NCBI GenBank assembly: GCA_964035545.1
Contig: OZ037767.1
Location: 12,038,581 to 12,102,580 of the forward strand
Direction of reading: 5' to 3'
Source: Bugula neritina
Lineage: Eukaryota; Animalia; Bryozoa
Length of the DNA stretch: 64,000 bases
Shown: positions 34,996 to 50,800 of the stretch, piece by piece
Numbering within the stretch: position 1 is the stretch's first letter
Layout: the number at the start of each line of letters is the position of its first letter
Notes under the pieces: model-generated
What the model was told of the DNA's origin: nothing
The model's input: only the letters and a program-made list of their open reading frames with translations
Databases searched by the model: none
Position numbers and translations under genes: made by a program

Positions 34996-37900
34996 TAGCT
35001 GTATAGAGTTCATCTTATACCAACTGTAGGTTGGCCAGTGAAACTACAGCTAGTACATGGTTTAGACATGCTCTAGCAGGAAGCAAAGAAGAAATGTTAC
35101 TTTCAAGGCAGTGTTATGATACTAAACAGGTTCAACTGATAATTATAGTAATCTAATAATGGGTGACCTATATCATAAGGTAAAGAGTTTGACAGCCTCT
35201 TATCAGTAATTATAACCTTGCAGGTATTTTACTTCTCTCAACCTATCTATCATGTTGTACTGTGATAGAGTCAACCATTCTCATAACAATTAGCACAAAA
35301 GTCTATTCTTAGATTACAATATGATTGTATAATTACAAAAACTACAGACCTGCTATCCACTTTAACATAGGCATTAAAACAATGGCCTATTGTTAAAATA
35401 AGTATGTATGCCATAAGATATTACTGTGTTTGAGACAAGCTGTTATGTGAAATTGTGTGAAAGAGAGGGTTTAGCAAAGTTCTAGCAGAGATTTTGTCTA
35501 AAGATTTCTGCAACCCACTAGTGACTTGCACACCGAAGGAGCAGCGCCACTCTCACTAAGGTCTAATAATGACTAAACTTCGCTAGTAAACCGCTAAAGT
35601 AAATGTTAGTTTCACCAAATGAACTCATGACTGGTTTTGGTTTAGTATGTTTTATGTTTGTTTTCTTAATGACTGCAACTTGCCCAGTTTTGCACCAACT
35701 AATTATTATTAGTGCTCTAAAATTGGTCAAACAATGGGAAGACAATGCCGAGAGTTTGATATTAACTATTTTATTTTAGTTTTATATTTTGCAGTTGAAC
35801 CATCCAAGTGAATGGTAGACACATAATATATCTCAACAAAAGAAAATTGTTGGTGACTAACACCAACACCTCCATGCTGAATCAGCAAATCACCAATTCC
35901 TCATAAACTCAGACTACATAGCGCTTGCCACTGTATTACTAGTATTATAATACTAAATACTAACCAACACGTATTAATTCATGTGTTGCTTAATTATGAT
36001 AATCATTTGACATTAGGAAATAGAGCTGATTCACAAGCATAGGGATATTTTAAAAGTAGTCATGCATATTTGTACCTCATTACCATAAAGTAATATAATA
36101 CTTTGGATCTTTCATAAAAATAAATTAGTTTCCTGACTATGGAAACTTTTGGCTGAATAGCAGCTTGGTTATCCCAACATAATGTAACATGATATCATGT
36201 GATAACACACAATATAACATAGCATATAACATAATGATGTATATTATAATGTAATATATTATACAATAATATTATATAAATATACAACATATGATACAAT
36301 ATGATATCAAGTTACACATCACAGTTTCTTATACTTCAGTCTGTAGGAAGTTAGTGAAAATAGAAAACAAGTTGGAAAACTACTTCTAACAGGAAAATTT
36401 ATGAAGAAAAACTAAGAACATGGTTCAGCCACAACACGTTTTGTCAAGTCAATGGCTTCTGAATGAACAAAACTTTTGCAAACCAGCATATGGATTGTGA
36501 TACGCACTGTCTTTGTTGAATATGACAAATTTTGTCGGCAAGAAACTAGTGTTAAAGGCATCGTATGCCATTCCAATTATTTGTATTATAATAACATGCT
36601 GCTAATAGCTAGTGTCTGTAAAGGCAGATTTTTAGACTGTGCCTGATTGCTGCTTTAGAAACGCATACAATGAAAGACCCCATCATTCAAGAGGATATAC
36701 AATTTTATCCATTTAAGTACAAAGTGTTAAATACACCATGTCTTTCTTCACATTAATCTATTTTACGTGATGACTACATTTCGACAGTAACATCTCAATA
36801 TAAACAAATTATACCAAGTTCCTCGCCAAACTAACATGTATAAATTACTGATATAGAAAAAAGTGGCCATGAAAGTACCCTCTGTCATTGATACAGCAAA
36901 AACTTCACCTCAAACACCATGGCTATAGCAGGCCAATACTGAAAGTGTTTAGAAGAAGCAGTCAAGTGTGGAAGAGAGTAGCATGACAGGACAAGGTAAC
37001 TGCACTGCTGGAATGTATATGCATAGTCTGGCAATGGAATACCTCTGCATTGTAATTCAGTTCCTCACAATGTAAAGAATCTTATTCTTATTGGGATTAA
37101 TAGCAAGTTCAGTTTGTATAGTAGTTTATATTGGAAGTCTAACAGACCATAGCTAGCTGTTCACAATAGAGATAGGAAGGTACTGTTGTGAATTCCAGGT
37201 ATAAGGGAGTGCTATATATAGAAGTACAAGATGCACATATAAATACCATTCGAAGGTTTTTTAATTATAGTATATATATATTTATGACAAGGTCATACCA
37301 TAGTGTACACTGGGTATTAACCTTTCAGGTGAAAAACAAAAGCAAGAGATAATAGAGATGCATGTTCACTGCACTTGTATTACAAAGCAATATTTATCTC
37401 CCTAAAGTTAATCAAGTCTTATTTCAACACCAAAGCTTATGGCAATCTAAAATAATATAAAAATAGAATATGTTGTGTAATTGCCAGAGTAGCATTTTAT
37501 TTTAATGACTATTCCCCTTCTAACCTTACAAGTTCCTCGATTAGTACCTGTTGAATTTCACTACACTCAAATGAACTGTAGTTACTACTAAACAAACTTC
37601 AGTATTCTTCTTACTCTGGATATAAACTTGTTTTTAGAAATAAGACTGAAAGATGGGATGATTCCTTTACTGCATAACTTGCTAACCAACTAGTTATACT
37701 AGCTTAAGCTTCAAGTTTGTTCAGAAGGGTTCAAGTGTATCAGTTACTAAAACCATTCAGCTCAAAATATTTTCATTACTAGAAATCAGAAGAAGTGACT
37801 TTCTCAAGTAACCTACTCATTATAAGTTATAAGTTTTCAGTAAGACTTATTTTCAGTTTCACATTTAGTGGGAGCTGTTTCAGTACAGCATATAAGAAAG

Positions 37901-40900
37901 ACATAAACTATGTGATGGCAACTAGCAGAGATGTTACAAGTTATGGTGTTTAGCTGCAACTTACGTTGAAAGACTGCAGCAGTTCAATGAGATCTCCTTC
38001 CATGCTGTAAAGAATTATATCCGTATAGCTTTCAGACTCCCATCAGTTCGGTAACACTGACTCCAGGTGAAAATGTGCTCAACTAGCTTGAAGCTAAGAT
38101 ATGTTTGGCACAGATTCCAAAGTAAACTTATGGTGTCCTTTGATGATCAGATTTATTAAGAAGTGGTGAGTAATCTTCAAACTCCTATGTTACTCAGAGA
38201 GCAATCGTTTTTCCTCAACTGTAATCTAAAAGTGAGTAAATTATGTCGTGAAGTAAGGATTTCCCCAACACCCGTAACACCCGTCACGGTAGACTATCGA
38301 CCAATCACCTGCTAAGATCAACTGCCTATTTAGAAATTGGAAATTATAGATTACTGTTGATACTTTCAGTGGTCACGCACCGTCAACCTGGTGATTAACT
38401 GCTCATAGTAATCATAATAATCACGTGTTAATATTCACAGCAGGTAGGCAAGCAGGTTCTGACTTAACGCTGTGGTTTCCATTTAAAGTTCAAACATACC
38501 AGAGTACTAGGGCATACATAATATCAGAGCACAATATTAAGGGGAATATTAAATTTCTAGACTTGCATGTGTATAAACCATAAAGTAGTGTGAGCTTTTG
38601 TTGAGTAAAATAATAACCCAGATGGGGAATTTGTTAAGCTTACACAAACTGCTAATAATTAATGCATTAGCATTTATGTGTGCAGTTACAAAAGACACCT
38701 CTATGGCATTTACATTGATTATTATGTAATACAATGCGATTGCAAAGTTTTGCCTTTATAAAAGTAATGAATAACAAGTTGCCCCCACTTGACAATTTAT
38801 AAAAAAACCTTATGTTGAAATAAACATGACCAACAGCTGTGTCAACCCAACGCATGCCTTGAAGATGCAGTACAAAATCTAGATCAATACCAGAACTAGT
38901 TACTGCAATACTGGAGAATCACTAAAATTTCTATCTGATTTTAAATTAAAATATCAATAACTGTTGAGATTGATAGTTACCAGTCACCAGTGATCAGTGA
39001 CTGGTCACTAAAGAAGACTTGCCACTCAGCCCTCAGTGTCTAAGTTACGACCCCCCTCCTCACCCACCAGTACCTTTTTTGCAAACATACTTGGTCTACC
39101 TAGAATGGATGGACATTCCTAAAATTCCTCCAAGAAAGTCAGAGAGCACGCAAAGAGTAATGGGCTGACACATAAAGTGCGTCATGTATCCCATCTCGCG
39201 TCATGCACTCTACTGACTATTACATAGGTGAGTCTATGGGTGATTGATTATTAGTTATTTATAATTATAGATTGCTTCAAAAAAGACAGGCTGTGACTAA
39301 TGAAAGGTGAAAACACGTATATGATTAACCAAGAAATGCACATTATATAACTCCATAGACGCCCATGGTTAGTTATTCCATCACCTGCACGAAAAGGAGA
39401 TTCTTCTCTGCTATACATATGCTGTCCTACTATATAGTTAACATTAAACTGCAATTTATTTCGAAGCAACTGGGTATTGATTTGATTGTCTTCCACATAA
39501 ATGGCATTTTACATTAAAATGAAAAATCACAGTTATATTGTCTCCTTTGACCTTATCCATCCTTTCTAGCTGTACACAAACCAACTTTACATTCATTTAA
39601 TGACTTTAAACATGTGCTAAGGAATGTTGCCCAATAAACATGTTTACTAAATATTGATCACATTCTATTTTTGAATACATTAAGTAATTAAAATACTGTT
39701 GATGTAGATGAGTCATTCCAATTGCAGAGATGATTTTTATCAAAATAATGATTTGATCTATGTTAGTAACTGTTAACAAAATTTATTTAACATAATATAA
39801 CAAGTTTCTTTAGTGTGCTTGGTGAAGCACAGTTCTGGGCTAAACCTAAACTTTAATTAAAAACCTTTTTAAAATGCCACATTCTTACCACATTTTTTGA
39901 GCAACACTTGCTTTCCATTCTTCAGAAGATTATGTAAGTTTGGTGAAGCATGCAATTCATATTCCTTATAATAATTCTAAAAACCATCTCATGTTAGTTT
40001 TATTTTTTTAGTTTCATTGCAATTTACTATATACTATTTTATAAATAGAGATGCTTCACAAACTCCAACTATTGTTATTTTGGTGGCATACCAGTCCAGA
40101 ACTATATTCCTATATTCCAATAAATGACTATTTTATTGAAATATAGGAATACAGTGACTCATAAATGACTCATAAGATACTGGTTTATATATATATTGAC
40201 GTATTTAATCCAGGGGCTCAAAATAATTGAGTAGCAGCGTTACAGGACAAAGTTTTTAGTTTCCCTTCTTTGATATTAAAACTTGATTTTAACTTGTGAA
40301 TTGTATGTCAACATTTATTAAAGTCTGCTGTTCTTTAGCTTTTTGTGTGTAAGTCCTACATATATTGCTAGCTAAAGATTCAGAGCCATGTTAGCTCAAA
40401 ATCCATCACAAATAACATAATTGAAATTGGCTATGATCTTAAGTTAGGCATGACTTCTGTTCAACTGTTACAACACTTTTTACTCTATTAAAGCATTTGC
40501 ATGTATGACTTGCAGGAATCCATCACACACATTTTTCAACATTATTTTGTTTATTTGATTATACATTAGATTATGCAAAGATTACTACTGCTCTTCAATA
40601 GTTATACTAGTCATTATACTATGAAATTCCCTTTGCTCTTGAGATTTTGAGTAGCGAGTATGAGCCACACTGAGGTTATGATCACCTGTATATCTTATCT
40701 CTCAGGGATAGAAAACTCCTGACAGCCTTAACTTATTTCCTTTTTCACAAATTAATTTGGATATAAGCTTTGTTAAGAGCTATTTGTTTTAAAATTTCTT
40801 AAAAAAACCTTTTAGCAGCACTAATTCGAGGAGGCTGTCCATAAGTTCAATCCTCATACAGAAATGTGTGCTTAGTACCCTGACCCCATTGTACTAGTTA

Positions 40901-41855
40901 GAATATTCATAATATAGGAAATTTATTTTAAAATGTTATATTAAAGATAAATAATGCAATCTTGCAAATCTAAAACACATAATATTATAAGAAAAAGTCA
41001 TTAGAACATCATTTTAGAGAAAAAACAGAATGTATATAAACATCAGTGATTTAGTTTAGTTACTTTTAAAGACAGTATCAGAATTCCAGATACAATAGTC
41101 AACATAACCATGTTCATAAATTATGAGTAGACTTGTATGAGCAGTCTAAGTTCAAATAATATAGTAGATATTAGTTTTATAATAGTGAAATCATAGATAG
41201 AATACTTATATCTAAGCTACAAATAACAAAACTTACTGCTAGACTGTGAGTTAATTATTATTCAAAAGACCTACATGGGTTTAGTAATGTGCCCAATAAA
41301 TGAAGTAAGACAGTGTATATTAAGGCTATAACAGTAGAATAGAACAGGCATTATTGGTACGCCTTGAAGAGTGGAAATATTACTTCAAATTGTGTGAGAG
41401 AAGAATTAGGAACTAAAATAACAACTTTTATAATGTACAATAAATTATGATGGTTGATAAATGAACTAGAACTTGAGCACGTTGAACAGAAATAGATTTT
41501 GATTAGAAATAGATACAGCAAGAATAAAACATTGGGACAGAAACCAATGTGCTTGAATACCATCAGTGCAACCACCGCTTCCAAACAGTAGCAGGTAGCA
41601 ATATCACCAATATTTTAGGCATATGTACCTATAACTGAGCCCTAAAGACATATTCCTTGAACAATAAAGACCAATGCAACATAATAATTAGAAAAAATTA
41701 TATCTTTTAATATATAAAACACTGAAACTGCAAAACAACAAAAATAATACAATAATAACTATAAATATATTTTTTTTGTCAAATATTCTTATTTCATCAA
41801 CGTTGTTAGAAAGTTTGCCTGGGAATGTGTTTTCTGGGCTGTCTATGTTTAATAC

Positions 41856-44800
41856 TTAGTCTAATATTTTAGTTTTAGCAAACTCAATTCTGATGCCTGA
41901 CCCCATTTCGCCAGACCTTAGTACATGCCCTTGTAGTCTTTTCATTACCAAAGTAGCTGATTGGACATCCTAAAATACACGTCTCGATGTTATTAACAAA
42001 CCTTATAAATTTATTATATATAAAATCAAGAATAACAAAAGTTACTGAGTATAAGACAGTGTATATATTACTGAGTCTAAGACAGTGTATATATTAGTGA
42101 GTCTAAGGCAGTGTATATATTACTGAGTGTAAGATAGTGTATATATTACTGAGTGTAAGATAGTGTATATATTAGTGAGTCTAATGATAGTGTATATATT
42201 ACTGAGTCTAAGACAGTGTATATTTACTGAATCTAAGATAATATATATTACTAAGTCTAAGATAGTGTGCAATATGGTGGGAGAAATAATTTTTGCAGTG
42301 ATTAGTCTAGAAAGCTACATATTGCAGCTGTAGTTAGATTTCTTATAAACCTCTTGTTGAACTTAAATATCAGAGAAGCTAGTATCTGGTTGTCCTGCAG
42401 CCAGTGAATAGCAAGTTAATTTATTTGTGTAGAAATAATGGGCAGGCTGGCTTTTAAGGTGTATGAAATAAAGGTACAGATATTATGCTGTAATATTAGA
42501 TGAAAAAGCAGCAAACTTTTGTTATTCACTACTTACGGAGTATTCTACAAAGGCGCAAAATGATTTTCCCCCATTTTGCATCTGTACTGGGTGTTGTGTT
42601 CGTCTAAATTTGACAAAGCCTGGAAAGGTAGCAAAGAGATCGTGGGTATCTTGATCAATGCAACATGTTCCAATATTACTGACAAATAAAGTGTTAGATG
42701 GTGTATTCGAAGATTGCATTTGATTGGCAGTGGGGCTGGTTGCAGCAACAATTGGATTGGCCTATCAAAAAACACCAAAAAAAAACCAATATAAAATAGG
42801 CTTGGGCTAAATGCAAAAATGCCTTGTTAGCAGTAACACTGATTGACGTATAAACAGCACTCAACCACAACCACCTCTCTGGTAGCATGCAACAACCCAG
42901 TAACCGGTCTAAGCAAACACCATAATAAAATTTAACACTATAATAGCTTATAAAACCTAATTCACTAAGTTGAGATTATGTTTTAGACTACTACTAGAGA
43001 GCGAACACATTTAATACAATTATACAAGAACAGTTTTTAACTCAATAAATAAAGGTGATACATTTTCCAAGGCATACAATTTTCATTAACCATTCTTGGG
43101 AGATTTTTGAGTATTATGAAATATTTGTTTTAAAATATGAAAGTTGCTTGTTGGAAATTAAAATGCTTTTCTAAACTGTATTTAATACAACCAGTTAACC
43201 CATTAGTAATCAGCAATAAAACATCAGCATAATAATACATGCTAAAAGCATTGGTTGTAAAATAAATAAGGCCAACAATTGACATAAAACAAAATAAGCA
43301 ACATTAATTTGCTAAAAAACTGAGATTAATTGTACGAGGTTTCACAATAGCTAGCATGACTACCTAATGAATACACAGCAATTGCCCAATATGCATACAT
43401 ACGATTACAATTTCATTTTTGGGAGGGGAATTGGCCTTCATTTTATAAGAAAAAATATTCCTCAGGAAAGCACAGGTCATGCATTTCACTTGCTTAATAG
43501 AAGGAAGTTGATTTCTGAACTTTTCCATTTAATTGAAATTTGGCAATCAATGTTTTTTTCTTTTATAAAATAATTTAGTGTAGATGCTATGTAAATTGTA
43601 CAGAGCATTATGCTGCATGGCTGAATCAAGAAGTCTCATCTTTTATGAAAATTACAGAAGTGGCAAAAGAGCTTTCATTATTTGTATTCTAATTGAGTAG
43701 CTGAACTGACTGGACAATATGCTTTTAACCCAGAAAGAGGGAGATACTTACTTGAAGAGTTGGTGACACGAAGTTTGCCTGACTGACTGCTGCCAGCTGA
43801 GCAGGTGTGAGGTGACCCAAACCAGCTGCCAATCCTCCGACACCAACTCCCATACCAGACATTTGTGCAACCATATGAGGAGGCAACTTCAAAAGAGTAA
43901 TGAGATAACACGTGAAAGCCTGAACACACAATATATTTGCAGCAAATGACCGAGTATGCCGCAGTAATTCAGGACTATGTGTGATTAAGCTGAATAAGCC
44001 TGGTAGTTTTTATTGTTTGTTTTAAAAAATAAAATCAAGAAGTCATAATTAAGTTATTCTTAATTTTACAATAAATTTCACATTTCACATCAGAAAACAC
44101 CACAACAAACTCACTTTGAAAAAACTATTTTGCATCAAGATAGGGTATACTTTCATATATGAAATGAGGGTTTCAGTAAGTTGATGTGGAGAAAGCCTGA
44201 AGATCAGCTAAGCATTTACTGACCTGCATTTGCTGCAAGGCAGCTAAGTTTTGGTGCTGTTGAAGAGCCTGGAGGTCATAAGCTAAGGGTGCTGCTGCTG
44301 ACCACTCAGCTCCTGCATGTAAAAATGGTACAGCTGCTAATTCGTCTACAAGGTGAACAAAACACAATGTGTGGGTTAGTCGTGTTATTCACAAACAACA
44401 CTCAGTGATTTATGTTACACTGCTATGTACAACACTGCGGTTACTATCACACTGAGAGTCCAGGAAACTCTGTAGTGTTGACTCAAACAGCAGCAAAAGT
44501 TACTAACATAAAGTGAAGTGACACTGCAAGAGTAAATGAACTTTATAACATTTGCTATCTTTCTCAAAAATGTTATAAAGTTCGAGTTTACTTTTGTTTG
44601 CAATTTTTTAAGTAGAACCAGTAAACTTTTATTTTGATTGATTGGTGAAAGATTAGGACCCAAACTTGCTAAGACACCTAAAGACTAGCAATAGACAATA
44701 TTGCCAGTCACAAACCATTTATAGTCAGGATGCTTTAATTCACTTCTACAAAAATGGTTAACTTTTCTAGAAACAAGATTGCATAAATAATATAAAATAA

Positions 44801-47800
44801 TATTGTTTATATGCAGGATGACCCATAGTGCTGACAACTCCAAGATATATTATAGTGAAGATATTTTGGTGCATTTACAATGTTAGTCTATATAGGTAGA
44901 TAAAGAATAATTCAAACAATTAGTGTTAAATGAAACATTCCTACACACTAATAATACAATTGATGCATCCCAGTATGTTATGTATTATATTGTTTATAAT
45001 ATGCATTTCTAGAATGCATATTATAGATCCCAGGTGCAACATGTCGCTTGAGAAAGCATTGACACATTGAATTGTACGAGTTTATACAAAGATGTAAATC
45101 TACACATGGGCCTATGTCTTTGTCACTTTTCAAATAGTTGTGTAGATCATTGTTGTAAAAATCAATTAGTATGTGTTGAACAAACAAATTATTTCAAAGT
45201 CTGTATCAATATGCTCAGGGTGAAACATATTCAATTATTCCCAACAGAGGAAAAGTAAAGAATTCTAAGAGAAGCCAACAAACATGATGTGAAACATTGA
45301 TTGTCCAAGTGTGGCTATTGCTTCTTCTCCCAGTGCATTTCTCCTTTAGTGCGTGCATTCTCCCCACGGGATGCAACATTCAATCATACAAGTTTACCCA
45401 AAAATAAAATGTAGGCCTATATCTTGGCTACTGGATCAATTAGATGTAATGTGGTGATACCAAATATAAAAAACAAAACTGAAAAGAGCAAGTTTTTTGG
45501 CTAATATAATTAAAGGTAAATTATTACAATGTACTTCTGGCAGTGTTACAAGAAATGACAAATTAACTCAGGATAACTTGTAAAAAACATTGACTAATGA
45601 CTAGTGTCAACAATGTGACAGCCGCATCAATGCCAGCAGAGCTCTTAACCATGTGTTCAGGGCAAGCTTTCTATGAGTGTAATTACATTATTACTGTAGA
45701 ATTATGTGAACAGAATAGTATATGCTGTATGCAAGTGACTCCTGGGGCACAACACTAACTCAGTTTGGTCTCCTAGTTGTGTCCAATATGCTAAACTGTC
45801 AGGTAACTGTTATTAGGAGTTATTGTACCCTGATACAGTTACATAATTATTCAATAAGTTGATAACATTCTCCAAACTTACGATGTTGAAATGGCAGAAA
45901 AGCTTGAGCCTGGTGCAATGCAGGATTATTTATGGTATTGTTATTTAGAGTCTTGGGCTTAGTAACTTTGGTGTTACTCTTGGCAAACTCCAACCTCAAC
46001 GTCTGTGGTAAGTCCAGATCAAACTTCACACCCTGCCATTAAATACAACACATGGATAGCAACTCAAACTAGAAAATCAAGAAAGTACAGGCTCTGTTTT
46101 ACATGACTTCCAATATAAAACGGTTTATTAAAATATTTCACATTAAAAACTACGTCGAGAACTTAAAAAAGCCTGAATAAGTTCAATCATTAAGATGAAT
46201 AACTAAAACTTGCAAACAAAAACTAACCTGAAGGTCTAATTTTGCTGATTCAGCTGCCGATTTAGATGTGAAGGTTACAAATCCTACTGGCTGTAATGAA
46301 AATAAAATTCTATAAAGACAAGAATGAATAAATGTCTGGGTATAATAACCAGTCAAGTTTCATAACTTCAAAAATAAAGTGCAAGAGTTAAAAACGATGG
46401 GAGAGCAGTGTGTGCTTTGTGAGAGACGGTACCAAATACTAATACCATGTTTGCTGGAAATTTTAACATTCTACTACACACATTAAACCAATTGCTTTCT
46501 AAAATATGATACAACGAGTGTGTGTAGAGAGTTTGGAAACTCATGAAGCTAGGAGAAGGTGCAGATGGACTTGTGCTTATAGTGTACATAAATGCTTGAA
46601 ACGGTGAATATTTTTTCTAACTCTTATTCTCCAAACTGAATTGTCCGATAAATAAAGTATAATATGCAGCTAGTTGCGTGTTGAGTAAGACACAGATTGC
46701 CTGATTGCTGTGCATTGCATGCAATGGTGAGCAGACACCTTATTGTTCCTTAATTTACCAAAATATTTAGAATAACGAATTTCAACTAAATTAGGTATAT
46801 TAATTTAATTCTGTGCTATCTATTGCATGCTGGTTAAGCATAAAAGAAATGTATAGTGATGAGTTATCGATGCTACTACTATTTTCTATAAGTATTTCGA
46901 TCTATACTCTGCATTAGTGTAACAAGGTATAATAAAAGACAACCCAGCACACTGAAAACTCAGCTTCCTTTTTCCTAATTTGCAATCTTTCAAAATGGCT
47001 GCTGCTTATGTTCATAGTTTAATTAGTAAATATGTAGAGAGCATATATGTGGAGCAGGAAACTGAAAACACAAGTAAATAAGACAGATGCTACGTTATTT
47101 CTGGTGCTGCTAGACATCTAAAGATGACAATATAGTTTGTACAGCTAGAGAGCTACAGACAGTTCTATGAGTGAGAGTGCTACTTCTTGTATTGTTAATC
47201 TTATATGGAGAGTCACAGTGAAAGATGGAACAAGATATTGCCCACGTGCCTCACTAGTTTGTTAATGATCAAATTTGAAAGTGATACAATTAGATTTGAG
47301 TGAATGTATAGGGTGATGTGAGGATTTACTAAAGGTGTGAAAATTGCTGCCATTTAGATAATGCACAGACAGCTGTGTTTCTTGGCACACCAAAGTCAGT
47401 ATAAATAGTGGTGGTATTGTGTTGCAGTGAAGGGAATCTTACCTAGTGGTCGTACATACAGGTTCAGCTAACCTGGAAATATCAGCCATGGATGTAAACA
47501 TGTTGCTTTAGTATTAAAATGATGCAAGTGGTAGGACAAGCTGTTGTGTCAATCACAAAACACACACACATTGGGAATATTAATAGCAATGTGCTAGAGA
47601 GCTGTAGCTGGAAGTTGTGAACTGAAGCTGCTGACAAAGCAAATTGTGTCAAAGTGCACAAAATAGTTTGGAAATCCAACGCCTCAAAACCTTCATTAGG
47701 ATTTCATGATCGAAACTTCTATACTAATTGAATTCACAAAAATAAAGGTATAAAAGGAGTGATACTCATTTCTATCACGCAACAAATTTCATTGCAAGAC

Positions 47801-50800
47801 ACATTATTTAGTTTTGCTATAGTTCATTGACAAAATAACAAAGCTTAGCTCATCCTCTACAGAGATGAATAGAGCTTCGAAATTGGGGTGGAGAAAGAGT
47901 GGGGTTAGTCGGTTCACACTTGTTGCTTTGTCCCAGCAGAGAACATACTTTTATACTAACTTATCTTTTCACTCAAGACAATCTGTGTTGTTAGTAACAA
48001 AAATCATCAAACTCTAAGCTATTTACAATATCAAAGATGGAAGATATTACCTTAGCACTATCACATTTAGCAAAACTTATTAACATCTTCAAAGTTAATT
48101 TACAATAACAACACTATATTTTTAGCTATGGTTTATTATCTTTAAAAGGCACAAAAAAGAGACTAAATATATTATTATTTATACAACTTAAGATACTTAC
48201 CGATGTGTTTTTGCCATTTTTATTGGTTATTTTTAATAGTGAGCCCTCATAACCCTGTAACAAATATTTATATACTGACCAAGCACTCTGACAGAATATA
48301 ATACTATAGAGACTAAACTATTAAATTTTCAAACATAAACATTGCCGTACCACAATATTTATAATTAAAAAAAATATAAAAAATATCTATCTATAAAAAT
48401 TACCCAATTTTTATAGATGTTTCACAGCCCAAAGTAAAATGCAATGGATTTTTAAAATAAAGTTGTAAAATAAAGGGCATAAATACAACAACTTCAATCT
48501 GATGGATACTCTGGACATAAACACAAAGTTATGATAATCAAATGGCTTATAATGTTTAGCCTGTTTACAATGTCTTTATTTCTTGAGGTGTAAATTTATA
48601 GCTACTTCAGTTACATCAGCCTTGCAGTATAAAGTGCATATTTTTCACAAGTTTGAATAGTATTGATGAAATGCATTGCCAGCCCAATTTGCTGACCATT
48701 CAGTGGTCATGCCAATCGACATTGGAAGAAGTGAAGCACAAACAGTAATAATGTGTACGTGTGAGTATGTATATGTATGCATGTGTCTATATGTGTATAA
48801 GATTATATGAATGTGTCTATTTATGTACGTATATAGATTGTTGGTATCACTTTCTACAAGTACAGACTGTTTAAAAGAATGAGTTACATGAGTATAAGAA
48901 AGGTCACCAAAGTTTATAAATATTAGCATATATTCAACAAATTATGAAGACCTGCAGATTGGTGCTATAAACAGATTAGGAACATTACACCCAGTATGAA
49001 GCTTTAAAAAGAATGAGAAACAGTAGGGGCTGACCTTGTAACCTCTGAAGAGAAGATACAGTTCTCTTGGTTTAGCATCCATCGGCAAACCGCTGACAAA
49101 TAAAGTCCTAACCTGCAACAAATACCCATCAATAACTATTACAGGGAAGATGACTGCCTGCAGATGGTATTTTAAGTTTTTCTATATTGAACTTGGTTAT
49201 AAGCAAAACATTGAGTAGGTATTTCTAAAAAAGTAATAGTAATTGGCTAATAGGTTCATATTATAAAGTACTATTTTCATCAATATATTTTGTTTCTCTT
49301 GGTTTGTAGACATATTTTATGTACATCTAGAGCGATTACATATATCTACTATAGTCTATACAGTATATGGTATCACCTAGCTAATATACTCTAAGTTATG
49401 AGGCGTAGTTTACACTTTAGTAATATTCATTAGTATATATGAATACATCCAAAAGTTTCAGCTATAATCAGTGAATGTGATGCATGTCCTACAGTATGCC
49501 CACAGGAATACTGTACGAATCGCTTTACCAATAAATTGTCAATTCAAATTCAATTACCGACAAGTTTGTGAGAGAAACGCAGCATGTTTGCTTGTTGAAC
49601 TCAGCAACTTTACTACTTCTAGTTCAAATACCAATGAATTATTCAGCACCCCTGTTATCATTTGTGAGAATTTTTCCAAAAGCAGCTCCTATCTCCCAAT
49701 GTAAATTGAATAAATGAAAAATCAAAGGCAGTTTAGTTAGATGGCATGGAAGAACCTAGTATAAACCATTTAGCTTGCTAATAGAGGATGTCATCAGTCA
49801 GTGCTCTATGCCGATGTAGGTATAGATCTTTTTGGAACTTTATATATATGGACTATGCTATGTGGTTAATGAGATGTAGCTGTTCTTTTATTCCTAAACT
49901 TATATTTTACACTCATTAGCATTGATAAAGAACAAAAGTTACAGGTTTCAAAGTTAATTATGAAAGCATTTCAATATAAATTGTGAATAAATGCATTACT
50001 GAGCTGCAAGTAAAATGTTGATAGAATGAAAAGTAAAATAATGGTGGTATTGTGAATAACAAAATGGTTTTGTCAAATGATGTTGATGCAACTCCACTCA
50101 TATTTAGATAAGACTGGCTAAACTGTTTACTCAGAATACAAGAAGTAACAGTTAACAAGACTTATTATTAACAAACAAAGCTTTTTCAGCAAATTCAAAA
50201 ACCTTATTACCATTGAAGTATGAAAAAATAGAAAAGAAGTCAAGTTACAACAACAAAATATTGCCAGTTGCAATTGAGGGAACCTACTGCTAAATGTCTC
50301 CAACATTAGATACATTTGAAAATTTGCACGAATTTTTGCAGTTTTACAGTTTTACACAGAAAATTAGAACATCCTAAATCTTACAAGATAATGAATGATG
50401 AAGAATGCTTGATGAAATTGTAAAATAGAATAATCTTCATTAATTTTAGAACATGTGGCAAATGGAAGAGGCTTTGGTACAGCTAATTATAAAAAAGACT
50501 TTTTAAAAATAAGCCAATAAGATTCAGCTATATATTCCTTTCACCTATCAACAGTATATGCATAGTGTTAACCTAGAAACATCTAAACTGGTTGGAAAGT
50601 GCAGGTTGAAAAGCAAGTAGCTCGTGATTAATAGTACTATTCTAGTAGTAATGATTTGTATCTGAATACTTCAACACTATAAAGTAGTATATCACACAAA
50701 GTCTAGAATATTGTGCATCCTTACAACCATGTTAACTTCTGTCACCACACCTTAATATTAGTATCTAAAATATGGCCAGAGAGCGTGATATTTATTATGA

